Origin: Cyanophora paradoxa CCMP329
Lineage: Eukaryota > Plantae > Glaucophyta
DNA: 64,000 nt
Direction: 5' to 3'
Assembly: GCA_004431415.1 (NCBI GenBank)
Contig: QPMI01000610.1
Span: 124,001 to 188,000, forward strand
The position numbers were made by a program, and so were the translations under genes. Under the pieces are notes generated by a model. The model was not told the DNA's origin. It made no database searches and worked only from the letters and a program-made list of their open reading frames with translations. Shown here piece by piece: positions 11,001-23,029 of the stretch. Position 1 is the stretch's first letter. Each line of letters starts with the position of its first letter.

Positions 11001-12838
11001 GCCCCCGTCGGCCTCTCCCCGGAGAGAGAAGCGGCAGCGCAGGGGCGGGCGCACGCGGAACTCCTCGAGGTCGATCTCCTGGTGGGTGTAGACGGTGGCG
11101 TGCCCGAAGCCACGGTCGTACGAGGACTTGTTCAGGATCATCGCGTCCTCCATGTCGTACCCCGTGTACGAGATCACCGCCACCACCGCGTTCGTGCCCG
11201 AGGGGTACGAGTCCATATCCAGGCCCGTGTACGTCTGCGTTCGCACGAGCGGGCTTTGCGGCGTGTTGAGGCGGTAGAGCTTGTTGTCCGTCCGGTGCGG
11301 GTACGCGTAGAGCGGCGTCCCCATCGTCTGCTTGCCCATCTGCCCGCCCCTGGCGCCTCAGCCGCGCCGAGGGCGGGCGGAGGGGCGGGGGGGCGGGGGG
11401 GCGGACCTGGCACTGGTACATGTTGCGCGGGCTCTGGTTGTAGTCGGAGAAGGGCGTCAGGTTGGCGATCACCGAGAGGATGTTCGTCGGCTTGATCTGC
11501 GCCCGCCCCGGCGTCAGTGCGCGGCGTCCCGCGAGGCGAGGCTGCAGACGCGGCGGCGGGGCGCGCACCTCGACGTGCGTGTCCTTGCTAGGCCTGACTT
11601 CGTGCGGTTGGCACGCTATGCTCATGTACAGCTGCGCCCGGCATCAGCGGAGGGCGCTCGGAGGAGAGGGGGAGCTCCGAGAGCGCGCGCGCGCCTGCTC
11701 GAGGGGCCCTATCAGCTCCGTCTTGCCCGACGCGAGGTGCTTGACGGGCCGCATCATCCGCGACGGCGTCGTGAAGAGGTACAGCCCGGGGTACGGCGCC
11801 TTCTTCTCGGGGGGGAGGAACGCGACCTCCAGTGTCGCCGGTACCCCCTTGTGCTCCTCCACCTGCGCGCCGGCACGTCAGCGAAGCCGGGGGCCGGGCC
11901 GGGCCGGGGCGGCCGGGCGTGCCTTCATCTTCCTAAGGGCGGCGACGAGGCCGGCGGCGCGGCCGGGCGGCAGGTTGCCGATCACGCGGCCGTCCAGCAC
12001 GACGGAGAGCCAGCGCATGGGGGCCCGGTGCTTGGGGGGCGGCGCCGACGGCTCGGCGTCGGGCATCTCCTCGTCCTCGGCCTCCTGGCCCTCCGTCCGT
12101 CGCTTCTTCTTCGGCTTGCGCTTCTTGGGCGCCTCCTGCTCGGCCTCGGAGCCCGAGCCGCCGGCCGCGTACTCGCCGTACTCCGCGGGGCCGCCGCCGC
12201 AGTCGAGGGGCATGGAGGCGGGGAAGACGCCGAGGTCGGCGAGGACCTTCTCCAGCTCCGCCGGGTCGAAGTTCTCCGGCGCGTTCGTCACGAGGCAGTG
12301 CGACGCCAGGTGGTTGAGCAGCCCGCACGGCGCCCCGTCCGGCGTGTGCACCGGGCACAGGAAGCCTGCCGGCGGGAAGAGGGGAGGTCTCAGCGCGCGG
12401 GGTGCAGACTCCGCTGGGGGCGCCCGCACCCCAGCTCTCGGGCAGCAGCTTGCGCACGGCCGTCGTTTTCATCTGCGCGGCGCCGCGTGAGGGAGGGCAT
12501 CCGGGGGCCGGGCTGGGGGCACCGCACCGTGGCGAAGAAGGCGCCCCTGTGGACGCAGCGGAAGTGGGAGAGGTAGCGGGACATGTTCAGCTTGTCCGCC
12601 AGGATCGTGTACCCGGACACCTGCATCAGGTCCATCCCCGTCCGCGTATTCAGGTTGCCCGTGCTGAGCATCTGATGCGGCGGGCCGGGGTCAGCGCCGC
12701 CGGGCCGCAGCCGATCGGTTCGGGGCGGCTCGGGCGGGGGCGGACCGTCTCCATGCGGGAGCCGATGTCCAGGGGGACCTTGTCCATGCACTTCTTCACC
12801 AGCGCGACTGCGGGGGCGGCTCGGGCGGGCCCACGCGA

Positions 12839-12870
<32 letters not shown>

Positions 12871-14798
12871 AGGCGGCGGAGGCGGAGGCGCGGGCGGCAC
12901 CGTCGAGGGTCTTGTTGCCGACGCGGGACTCCTTGAGGAGGACGGCCTTGAGGCCCTGCTGCCACTCCATGAGCTTCTCCTGCGCCCCCGCCCGCCGGAG
13001 CAGCATCGTCAGCCGGGCGCGGGCGGGGCCGGGAGGGCGAGGCCGGGCGCAGGGGCGGGCGGGCCTTGAAGTAGGCGAGGTAGACGTGGCCGCCGAGGAG
13101 GATCTCGTGGTTGCAGAGGGCGTCGCTGTTGTCCTCGCAGATGTCGCCCTTGACCAGCGCGTACAGCTTGCGCACCATGTGCAGCAGCAGCGCCGCCTTG
13201 TCCGCGTCCCGCTCCAGGTGCACGAAGACGTACTGCTTGAGGAAGAGGGTCCCCACCGTCTCGTCCGGCGTCGTCGACGGCACCTCCATCACCGGCCGGA
13301 AGGTCCGCCCCAGGAACGCCCGCACTGCGCGGGGGCGCGCGTCAGGGCTCGCGAGCGGTCGGGCGGGGAAGAGGAGAGGAGGCGGGCCTTCGGAGCGGGA
13401 GTAGACGCCGTAGCGCTTCGAGTCGCGCAGGAGCAGCTCCACGCGCTGCGTCAGCAGCGTGTCCTGCGCCGCCCGCTCGCTCAGAGGGCAAGGGGCCCGG
13501 GGCGGCCGGGGCGTGGCGGGGCGCGCCTGGAGGCCCGAGGCGCCGACGAGGCGCTCGTAGATCTCGCGGTCGGACGTGTCCACGAAGGCCTGCCGGGCGA
13601 GGCCGCGCGTTGGCGCCGGGCTCCCGGGAGCTCGGGCGGGGGCGGCGCCACGGCACCTTGTAGAAGAGGAGGGCGGGGACGAAGAACTCGGCGCGGCGGA
13701 TGGAGACGCGCAGGTTCGCGCTCCCGTCCGTCAGGTAGTGCAGGTAGAGCGTGCTGCGCCCCGCGTCGAGCCGGGCCGGCGGGGCGGGGCGCGGGGGGCG
13801 CACGCGGAGGTCTCGTCGGGGCGGACGCAGCGGATCTGGCAGCCGTACTTCGTGTACTCGGGCCCGCGCTTGCAGAAGGCCGAGCGGATGAGCGCCATCA
13901 CGTAGTTCCTCCGCGGCACCTGCGCCCCCGCCGCCGCGGCGTCAGCGCCGGCGCGGGCGAGGAGGGGGCGTCGAGCGGGGCCACGCCTGGAGCATGCGGA
14001 TGATGCGCTCGAGCCCGTTGACGATGAAGTAGCCGCCCAGCTCGTAGGCCTCCTCCTTCATCGCCGCCAGCTCGTCCGGCGTCTTGTGCCTCAGGTGGCA
14101 GCCCGCGCTCTGCAAGTGCGCCGGGCCCGCCTGCGTCAGCCAGCGCGGGCGCCGCAGGGATCGACGCGAGTGCGCGCGCGTACCCGAACCATGACAGGCA
14201 CGTGGCCCAAGGACCTCTTTATTTTGGTCACCTCCTCCTCCCGGTTCATGCGTACGCAGAGCGTGACCTCCAGCTTGCCCTTGTACGAGAGTCCGCGCTC
14301 GCGGCACTGCGCGCGCGTCCCGCGTGAGCAGCTAGCTTTCGGGGCGCAGCCGCGCGGCGCGCGGCTCCGCCGCTCGCGAAGTATGCACCTCGCGCGGAAG
14401 CAGCCGGTCGTCGGTGCTGAAGTTCTTCTTGTCGAGCTTCGTGGGGCGATCGATGTACACATCTTCGAACCAGTCTGAGCATCGGCACGCGATGTAGATC
14501 AAGGATCGCGCCAGGGCTGCCACGGGGCCGGACAGCGCTCGCGAGCGGGGAGGTGCGCGAGCGATCCGCGGGGCGCTGTGGAAAGGATACATTCGATGGT
14601 GGTTGTAGAATCCGGGAACTCGACCGTGGTGGACCGCAGATCGTCCACGGCCTTCGCCAGCCCCTCGTCGAAGAAGAAGTTGAAGCTGTCAATGTGCGGC
14701 GAGATGAGCGGCAGTACCTCCGTGAAACGCGAGGTCCAAACGCTCTCCCCCGGCTTTCGCCGGAGCATGCGGACGTCCCCGGCCTCCGCGGCCGACAT
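8095..14798 (-). CDS. RPA2: DNA-directed RNA polymerase I second-largest subunit (RPA2/RPA135/POLR1B), many exons
   Basis: Motifs [142 protein letters not shown] and [11 protein letters not shown]. The Pol I-type signatures distinguish it from RPB2/RPC2. Confidence 0.95.
8876..8962 (-). ncRNA. Intronic box C/D snoRNA, predicted guide for 18S rRNA 2'-O-methylation at the yeast A420 / human A468 equivalent (snR52/SNORD83-like target)
   Basis: Minus strand: box C TGATGA (8957-8952), D' TTGA (8934-8931), GC hairpin, C' GTGAAA, guide CTGTTGCCTTCCTT and box D CTGA (8883-8880). The guide pairs with conserved 18S AAGGAAGGCAGCAG (one G:U). The D+5 rule hits the A in CCAAGG[A]AGG. Confidence 0.8.
9000..10050 (-). 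ncRNA. Tandem array of nine further box C/D snoRNA-like units (107-131 bp; order on + strand A-B-C-A-B-A-B-C-A')
   Basis: Box D (TCAG on +) at 9003, 9134, 9241, 9369, 9500, 9607, 9738, 9845 and 9973. Each unit has box C variant TGACGA, D' TTGA, a GCC-TACG-GGC hairpin, C' RTGAAA and guide GTTGCCTTCCT(T), separated by U-rich spacers. Confidence 0.7.
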
Positions 14799-15132
14799 CG
14801 TTTTTGTTGCAAACTGTGCCTAGGGGTACCGGGCGGAGCGCGCCTGGATCAAATTCGATCGGACTGGACTACTACTGCGCGCTGTGATGTCACGATCGAT
14901 ATCATGCGCATGCGACAGATCATGCACGGCGCCCGAGGCATGGCAACTGATGCCACGCGCACGGCATCCCAGCCTGGCGGCGCTAACGCTATAGCTAACG
15001 ACGACGCAGGAAAAGGGTTGAAAAATCATCGAACAGAAACGGTGCGGAATACAGTATGCTGTAGGGATCTGGTAAAAGGGCCCGCCGTGCCCCAGCGGCG
15101 GAGCTAGCTAGCAAGGGCGCGGAAGTAGGGGC

Positions 15133-17517
15133 CTACTTGATGAAGTGCTTCTTGATGAAGCTGATGAGGGCCTGCGTGCGGGGCGGGGCGGGGCGGGCGG
15201 GGTCAGAGGCGGCCTGGGGGGCGGGGGCGCGGGCGGTCTCTCGCGGGACGCACGACGGCGTCCTCGAAGTTGGACTCGTAGCCGAAGGAGGCGCGGACGG
15301 CCCCCGTGGGCCGCTTCACCGGCTCCATCGCCGAGAGCGAGCAGCTCTCCCCCGCCTGCGGCGCCCCGCCGTCAGCGGGGCCGGGCGGGGGGGCGGGCGG
15401 GGGCGGGCGGGCGGGCCTTGGCGCGGGTCATGATCTCCTCGTCGGTGAGGCCGAGGTAGAGCTGGCAGGCACCGGGGTTGCAGAAGCAGCCCGACTGCCC
15501 GCCCCGGCCCCGGCCCCGCGTCGGCCACCGCGAGCCGGGCGAGGGGCGGGGAGGGGCGGGGCGGGGCGGACGCGGAGGGAGATGTTGTCCATGCCGGCGA
15601 GGCGCTCGACCTCGAGATGGGAGTAGTAGCGGCCGTCCGGCAGCAGCACGTTGAACGTCACCACCGACCCCTGCGTCTTCATGAACGCCTCCAGCCCGCC
15701 GCTCCGGTTCTGCCACGTCGTGTACACGATCGCCCCCGGCGCCGCCGTCCCGTTCTTGCTGCTGTGCCGCAGCGCCTCCAGCTGCTGCACCGTCCACATC
15801 GCCAGCACCGCCGTGTGCCTGCCCCCGGGCGTGAGGCGGGGCGGAGGAGGGGCGGGCGGGGCGGCCTGTGCCGGCGCACGACTGGACGCGGTCCATGCCG
15901 AGCTTGACCATGCGGTCGAAGCCGTTCTTAAGGTACATGATCGAGAGGAAGCTGAGGCGAGTGCGAGCGAGGTCCGGTGAGCGGGGGTTCGACGGGCGAG
16001 GACGCGGGGTTGGGCGCACTTGGTGGTCCCGTCCTCGAAGCGCTCGGAGAGGGACTGGCGGAAGACCTGGAAGCGCGAGCCGGCCAGCGCCCCGTTGATC
16101 GTGCCGCCGCCCCAGTACCCCTTCTTCAGCAGGCCCCCCAGCTCCGTCCGCACCACCAGCGCGCCCACGCCAGTGGGGTACCCGAAGACCTATTCCGACG
16201 GGCCTCGGGAGGGGGCACGCGGCGCGGCGGGGGGTAGACGCGGGGCGGCACCTTGTAGAATGAGACCGCGACGAAGTCCGAGGGGTACTTGGTCAGGTCC
16301 AGCAGGCTGGGGCGCGATGAGAGGGGTACGGGGTCGACCGGGCAGGGGCCGGGTGGGAGGTACCTGGTCGCCGTGTACTTGGCCGCGTCCAGGAGGACGA
16401 ACCAGCGCCTGGGAAGGGGCGGGGTGCGTCGGTAGGGGGGCGGGGAGCGAAGGGCCCTAGGGGCCAGGGGAGCGTACCCTCTCCAGGGGGGGATGCCGTA
16501 CTTCCGGACCCGGTTAATGATCTCCAGGTCGAACTTGGCGCCATTGAAGTTGCTCTCGCCTGCGCGGGCGCGCCGGCTCGGCCTCAAACCGCGCGGGCCA
16601 GGGGCGGGGGGCCGGGCCGGGCCGGGCCGGACCGGGGAAGGCGAAGAGGTGGTAGGTGGTGGAGGTCGGGTCGTTCACGTTGATGCCCATGTTGAGCCGC
16701 TCGACGATCTCCACGTAGGTCAGCGCCGTGAAGTTCGATCCCTTCTCCAGCGCCAGCGTGGCGGCCGCGGTCGAGGAGGGCAGCCGGAGAGGCGCGCGCG
16801 CGGGGAAAGGAGCCGAAAGGGGCGCGGGGCCGGGGAAAAGGATATTCTCTTATGCCGATGACGCTGTTGTGGTTCTCCATCGTGTAGACGAACATGCCGC
16901 CGGGGCCCCAGGGGAAGGCTGCGCGAAAACCAGACGCTGAGGCGAGGACCACTCCGATCTGCGCGGGGAGCGGCGGCGCACCCTCGCCGACGGTCTTGAG
17001 GGCGCCGGTGGCGCCCATGGTGAAGATGACGGAGTAGATGGAGGGGTTGGTGCGGAAGAACTCGAGCACGGAGGTGCGCGAGGCCTGCAGGCGGTCCTCC
17101 GTGCAGTAGCCCGACGAGGACTGCGAGTGCGGGTTGCCGAAGACGTGCTTCTGCATGTCCATCATCACGGCCGGCAGCTCTGACTCCGGGTAGAGCGCCG
17201 AGCCGGCGTGGTCCAGGTAGACCGAGTCTGCCCGCACGCCGCTCAGAGCGCCGCGCGGCCGGGGCGTGGAAGGCGCGCGCACTCGAGTCGGCAAGGCGCT
17301 TGAAGTCGTTCTTTCGGATGAGTTCGAGCTCGCCGTTGTAGCCGTACATACTGCTGTAGTTGAGCAGCTCGGGCGGGAAGTACGCGGCCGTGGGCTGCTT
17401 CAGGTTCGCTCCCTGAGCAATCTTGTCGAATACCAAAAAGTAAAGAAGAACAGCCGCCAGGCCCAGGATGAACAGCATCGTTATCCCGACTATCGTCCAT
17501 TTCAAAGCCGACGACAT
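15133..17517 (-). CDS. Molybdenum-cofactor-sulfurase-like (MOCOS/ABA3 NifS-type PLP domain only) with N-terminal hydrophobic anchor
   Basis: Motifs VYLDHAGSALY, FGNPHSQS, VIFTMGATGALK, ENHNSVIGIRE, ESNFNGAKF, VLLDAAK, SFYKVFGYPTGVGAL, YWGGGT, FEDGT, RSGCFCNPGAC and GAVRASFGY. Stop at 15133. A further 5' exon is likely (acceptor-like site near 17575). Confidence 0.8.
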
Positions 17518-18375
17518 TGATGCCGTCGGCGCCCGCGTTGCTGCTGGGATGTCTCGTCCCCTCTTTACATCGACCTGTGCCGCCGGCCGCGTTCCGGGGT
17601 CAGCGAAGGCTCCCAGCACGCTGCGCCGCAGCCGCCAACCAGCGCACCACGACTGCGCCGGGGAGCTTGTAGGCCGCGCTACTGTTCGGCCACCCCGACA
17701 TCAGCGCGCCGTCGCCACCCGACATCAGCGCGCCGTCGCCACCCGACGTCGGCAAAACCGACCACGCTTACGCCGAGCAACCGACTCGTCAAGGGGCGCT
17801 TCCTCGGAACCGCACGCGAAGTGCAGGCTGCGCGTAACCGACCCGTCCGCTGCGAGAACCCGGTGACCTGCGGCTCCTTCTCTGAAGACTGTGATTTCGT
17901 ACCCCTTGACCAATCTTCACCGGTTCTTCAGGCTTCAGTCAGACTTCAGCTTCGCGGCTTGTATACATCCTTCGTTTTCAAAGCGCTCATCATGCTCGCC
18001 GCCCGGCCGGTGCGCTCTCTCTGCCCTCTAGTAACTGCCGCTGATAACGTTCGCAGCCTGACGCGGCCGCGCCGGACGAGGATCACATACGGAGCAAGGC
18101 ATCCGTGCCTTCTGCGAGCCCTGTGCCCAGGGCGAGCCCTCGCGTCACTGTTGAGGTAAGGCCGGTGTCGATTGGAGCCGCGCGGGGCGCGGCGTACGCA
18201 TACGGCACATTTGTCCACTGCACGATCGATCCATGCCTAACATTTGATCGCGCGCAGGAGCTCGAGAGCTGCTCCACGTACGTTGTGGATGCCAGCGGTG
18301 GGTCCGGCTGGTGAGCTGCGAGGCCGGCCTTGCGCTGCGCGCCGGGGGCACCGAATCGTTATATACGGAGTTGAG

Positions 18376-20352
18376 ATGGTACCGGTGCTCGCCCCGCGCA
18401 GCTTCAAGGACGTGGAGTCGGCGTGGAGCAAGGCGGAGGCGGAGGGCGCCGGCCAGATCTGCCTCGTCATCCGCGGCCAGATCACGGTGAAGGACACCAT
18501 CAAGCTCAACTGCTCCGACAAGGCGCGCTCCCGCTCCGCGGCGCGCCGCCGCCGACCGCCGCGCTGACGCCGGGCCGCAGGAGATCTTCATCTTCGGACA
18601 GGGGCGAGCCGTGCTGCAGCTGCGCTCCTTCCCCTGGTTCCTCCTCTCAGTGCAGGGCAGCCACGCGAACGTCACGCTGCGGGACCTGAAGCTCGACGGA
18701 GGGATACAGTTCACCGGCCGCAACTCCCACTTCACGGTCGACGCGTGCGACGTCGGCGTGCCGGACACCTGTACCCTCTACGGCATCTGGACCAGCTCGG
18801 CGCTAGACTGCGCCAACTCGAACCTGACGGTGTCCCGCAGCGTCGTCCACGGGTACAGCGCCGGGGGACCCAGCTCCCGTACCTCCCTCACCGCCGGCGT
18901 ACCCCCGCAGCTTCGCGCATGGCGTCAGCTTCGGAGCCCCCGGCGGCTCTGTGCGTGTCGAGAACAGCGAGATCCACGGATGTCAGCAGGGCATCCGCGT
19001 GGGGGGGTACGACGCCTTCTCGGCCGAGGTCTGGTAGCCCCACCCCCGGCATCCCTCCCCTCTTCCGACGAGCGCCGCCGCAGATCGTGGGGTGCCAGAT
19101 CCACGACTGTACCCAGGGGGGAGTCGTCTTCTACAAGGCGCGCGCGCCCTCGCTCCTGTAGTACCCCCTCGCCCGCGCTGACCGTCCCGCGCCCCTCGCG
19201 CAGCCGGTGACGGCGCGCGTCTTCGGGTGCGCCCTGTGGGACGCCCCCGTCCAGTTCTACGGGACCAGGCGCGCGCCCCTCCCGCTCCCCCGTCCGCTTC
19301 CCCGCCCGGCCCCGCGCGGCTGACCTTGAATCCGCGCGCCGTGCGCAGCTGGCCGCCGCAGCCGTCGGAGGCGTTCGTGTCGCTGGCGGGGAACGTGATC
19401 GGGGAGAAGGGCGCCGGGCGCCCGGCCTTCGTGCCCCCGCTCGCCGCCGGCCCGCCCCCGGAGCGCCCCGCGGAGCGCTCGTACAGCTGCTCGGCCCCCG
19501 AGGGCGGCTGCGGCGACCTCGTCCAGGAGGCCCGGCGGGCCAGGGAGGTGCGCCCGCGCCCGCGCCCGCACCCAGCCCGCGCGCCCCCGCCCGCCGTCCG
19601 GCCCGGCTGAGGCGCGCGCGCTGCAGGAGGCGGAGGCGGGGCGGGCGGAGGCGGAGCGGGGGCGGGAGGAGGCGGAGGCGGCGCGCGTCGAGGCCGAGCG
19701 CGGCCGCCGCTGCGCCGAGGCGGCGCGGGCCGAGGCCGACGAGCGGCGCGCGGCCGCCGAGCGGGGCCGGGCGGCGGCCGAGCGGGCGCGGTCGGAGGCG
19801 GAGGTGCGGGCGGAGGCGGCGGAGCAGCGGGCGGCGGCGGCGGAGCACCGGGCCGTGCAGGAGCAGCGGCGGCGCGAGGAGGCGCAGAAGCGCGCCGAGG
19901 AGGCCGAGCGCGGCCGCGCCGACGCGGCGCAGGCGGCCGAGGCGGCGCGGGGCGAGCTGCGCGAGGCGGAGGCGCGGGCGGCGCGGGCGGAGGAGCGGGC
20001 GGGGCGGGCGGAGGCGGAGGCGGCGGGGCTGCTGGGGCGCCTGGAGCAGACTCTGCGGCTGGACGAGGCGCACCTGCGCTCCCTCCCCGCCGCCGAGCTC
20101 GACGCGCTCCGCCCGCGCCTCCTCGAGGCGATCGAGCGCGTCGCAGAGCTGCGCGCCACCGCCCGCGCCCTCTCCTTCGACTGCGTCGTCTGCCTCGACT
20201 CGAAGCCCCGCGAGCAGCGGCGCGCGCTCCAGCCGTGCGGGCACTCCCTCTGCCTCGAGTGCGCCGAGACGCTCCACGCGCAGCAGCGGCCGTGCCCCTC
20301 CCGCTGCAACAACGGCGCGCCCATCGCTGGCATCCTCCGCGTCTTCGAGTGA
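18376..20352 (+). CDS. Putative RING E3 ligase: N-terminal right-handed beta-helix-like region, coiled coil, C-terminal C3HC4 RING
   Basis: Beta-helix-like NVTLRDLKLDGGIQF...NLTVSRSVVHG...IVGCQIHDC, an E/A/R-rich coiled coil, then CVVC...QPCGHSLCLEC...CPSRC...LRVFE*. Confidence 0.65.
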
Positions 20353-21033
20353 TCGCTCTCGGCCGTCTGCGAGATTGTCCCGGCCCTCGGGGGCGCCCGG
20401 GGCCTCGATCCAGGGCGCAGCTTTTTTTATCAGTGGCTTGTAATTTTGTGCTGCTTGCTTTCCTCCGCTTTTTAAGCTAGGCCGGGCTGCCACAGCCCGC
20501 CGTGCTGCCGCCGTGTCGTGCTCAGTTCCCCCGCCTCGTGCCGAGACTACCAGCCGGCCGGCGCTGGGCCGCCCTTTTTCTTGTTGGCCCAGTGGCTTCC
20601 AAGTTTCGCATTTGGTAGAGCGGCTCCTTTCAAAGGTTTTTGCTTTCAGGGCCTCGGCTCAGCGGCTCTGGGGTTCGAAGCTTCCCGAGGTTCCAGTCCG
20701 AACTTCCGGAAGTTCGCCGACACATGCATAGCTCGACCCGCACTGTACAGGTGCTTTCAATTGATTTTGTAGCTGAGTTGTCGCCTTAGCTATAGCTTGA
20801 TAGGGACGTCCGAGGAGCCTGAACTCGAAGCTTAAGAATGCTGTTTGCAATTATTGAATTGGGCAGCACTTTGGGACGAGTCTCCGAGGCCTCCGATGGC
20901 TCGAAGCCCCGGGCCCACGGCCACAGCGTGCGCACTCATAATTCAAGCTTGAATAACGAGTGAGTTTAAAAATTCGATCGCGAAGTTTCTCTGAGCTAGG
21001 CTGGCGCAGCCCCGCCGCTGGGCCGGCGCCGGG

Positions 21034-21203
21034 CTAGGCGTGCGCGTACTCGGGGGCTAGGTGCGGGTGGAGGGCGTGCACTTGGCCGGCGGCGAAGGCG
21101 GCCTCGCCGTGCATGGCGTCCACCCCGTGCGCCGCCGCGTACACCAGGCTCCCGTCTGTGCTCGCCCCCGCGTAAGCGCCGGGGCGGACCGGCGAGAGGG
21201 GGA

Positions 21204-21234
<31 letters not shown>

Positions 21235-22998
21235 CGCGGGGCGAGGGCCGCACCGGGGCGTAGGTGTACCCTATGGATGCGGGTATCTCGCCCGGGGCGT
21301 GCTGCGCGGCCCCGCGGCCGCCGCTGCAGCAGCAGCTGCGGCGGCGGCGGCGTGGTGCTGGGCGGCGGCGTGCGGGTAGGCGATGTGGGCCTGGAGGGCG
21401 GCGTCCTGCATGGCCGAGGCGGTGGCGAATGCCTGCTGCTGGGCGAGGAAGGCGGCGGCGTGCTGCGGGGCGGGGACCTGGGGCGGCGCCAGCGGGGCGC
21501 CCCGGGGCAGCAGCCGCTCGAGCTCGGGGGCGAGGACACCGACGGGGTAGTGCCACTTGGAGGAGGGCCGCAGCGCCTCGGGCCCCGCGGGGGCGGCGTC
21601 CAGCGCCTCGTCCGTGGTCGCCAGCATCGCCTCCACGCTCACGTTCAGCGGCGGCCCGTACGGCATGTCCGTCGCCGCCGGCGGCCGCCCCGCCAGCGAG
21701 ATCCGCAGCAGGTCCATCGGCGTGCGCGGCAGCGCCGGGGGGCCCTTCGGCAGCGGCTGCCGCGCCTTCGGGCCCCGCTGCGCCGCCATGGGCCTGCCCC
21801 ACGGGCTCGGCTCCTCGCTCGCCGGCGGACGCGAGGGGCCCGCCGCCGACGGCGCGTGCGCCGCCCGGGCGCGGCCGGCGCCCCCGGCGGCGGCGGGGCC
21901 GGCTCCGAGGCCCGCACCCGCTTCCGGTTGCCTTGCGCTGCACGGCGCGTCGGGCGTCGGCGGGGCGGGCTGCGGCGGGGGCGGGGGCGGGGGCGGGGCG
22001 GACCGGAGGGTGCGGGCGGGGCGCCGGAGGCTGCGGTGCCGGGCGGGGCGCCGGCGACGAGCATGCCGCAGTAGCGTACCCCCGCGATGTTCACGACGAC
22101 GTTGTACCCGAAGTCGAACGGGGACCCGATGACGCCCTCGAAGCGCGTGCCCGCCTTGGGCGCTCCCTCTCCTGCGGTCCCGGCGTCAAAACGCCGCGGC
22201 GGGGCTGCCACCGAGGGCGGGGTACCGCACCGCGGGGCCAGGGGAGCATGTAGAGGGGCCCTCCGGAGGCCGAGGAGGAGCCAGCGGGGGCGGGGCCACC
22301 GGGAGCGGCGCCGGGGGCGGGGGGGCGGTGGGGGGCGGGGGTGGCGGACGACTCGGGGGGGTAGAGGGGGGCGTCGAGGGGCCCGTCGACGCCGAAGGGG
22401 TGGGAGGGGACGTTGTCCCCCGGGGTGACGGGCCCGCGCGGCTTGGGCCTCTTCTTCTTCTTCTTCTGCTCCTCGGCGGCGATGCGCTTGTGGGGGATGC
22501 CCAGCGCGGCGAGGGCGGGGAGGAGGAACTCGGCGACGAAAGCCTCGCGCTCGTTGCCCTGCACGACGATGGCGCCCCCGTTGTAGAGGACGCAGGCGAT
22601 GCCCATGTAGCGGCGGTCCCCCGCCCGCGACTCGGAGACGCGGTACTTGCGCGCCGAGAAGGTCACCGTGCGCGAGGCGCTGCCCACCGAGAAGCCCAGC
22701 GCCCGCAGCTGCTCCGAGAGCTGCTCCACCTTGTCCTGGCTCGGGAGCCCCTGCAGCCGCACCGTGATCGGCTGCCGGTCCGCCTGCGCCGCATCCCCGG
22801 GGGCGCCGGCCGCCGCGGCGCCGCCTTCGGCCTCCGAGGCGTCGGTCTCCATGGGGACGGGCGGCGGGTGCGCGAAGGCGTGCGCCACGGCCGCCGCCGC
22901 CGTCGACGGGTCGATCCCCGCGAACGCGCTCAGCGGCGTCGGCGCCGGCTGCTGCGGCTGCGGCTGCGGCTGCTGCTGCTGCGGTAGCGGCGGCGGTA

Positions 22999-23029
<31 letters not shown>

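Noticed and set aside
17690-17747. 24-bp tandem duplication (CCACCCGACATCAGCGCGCCGTCG)
   Set aside because: A simple local duplication with no evidence of function.
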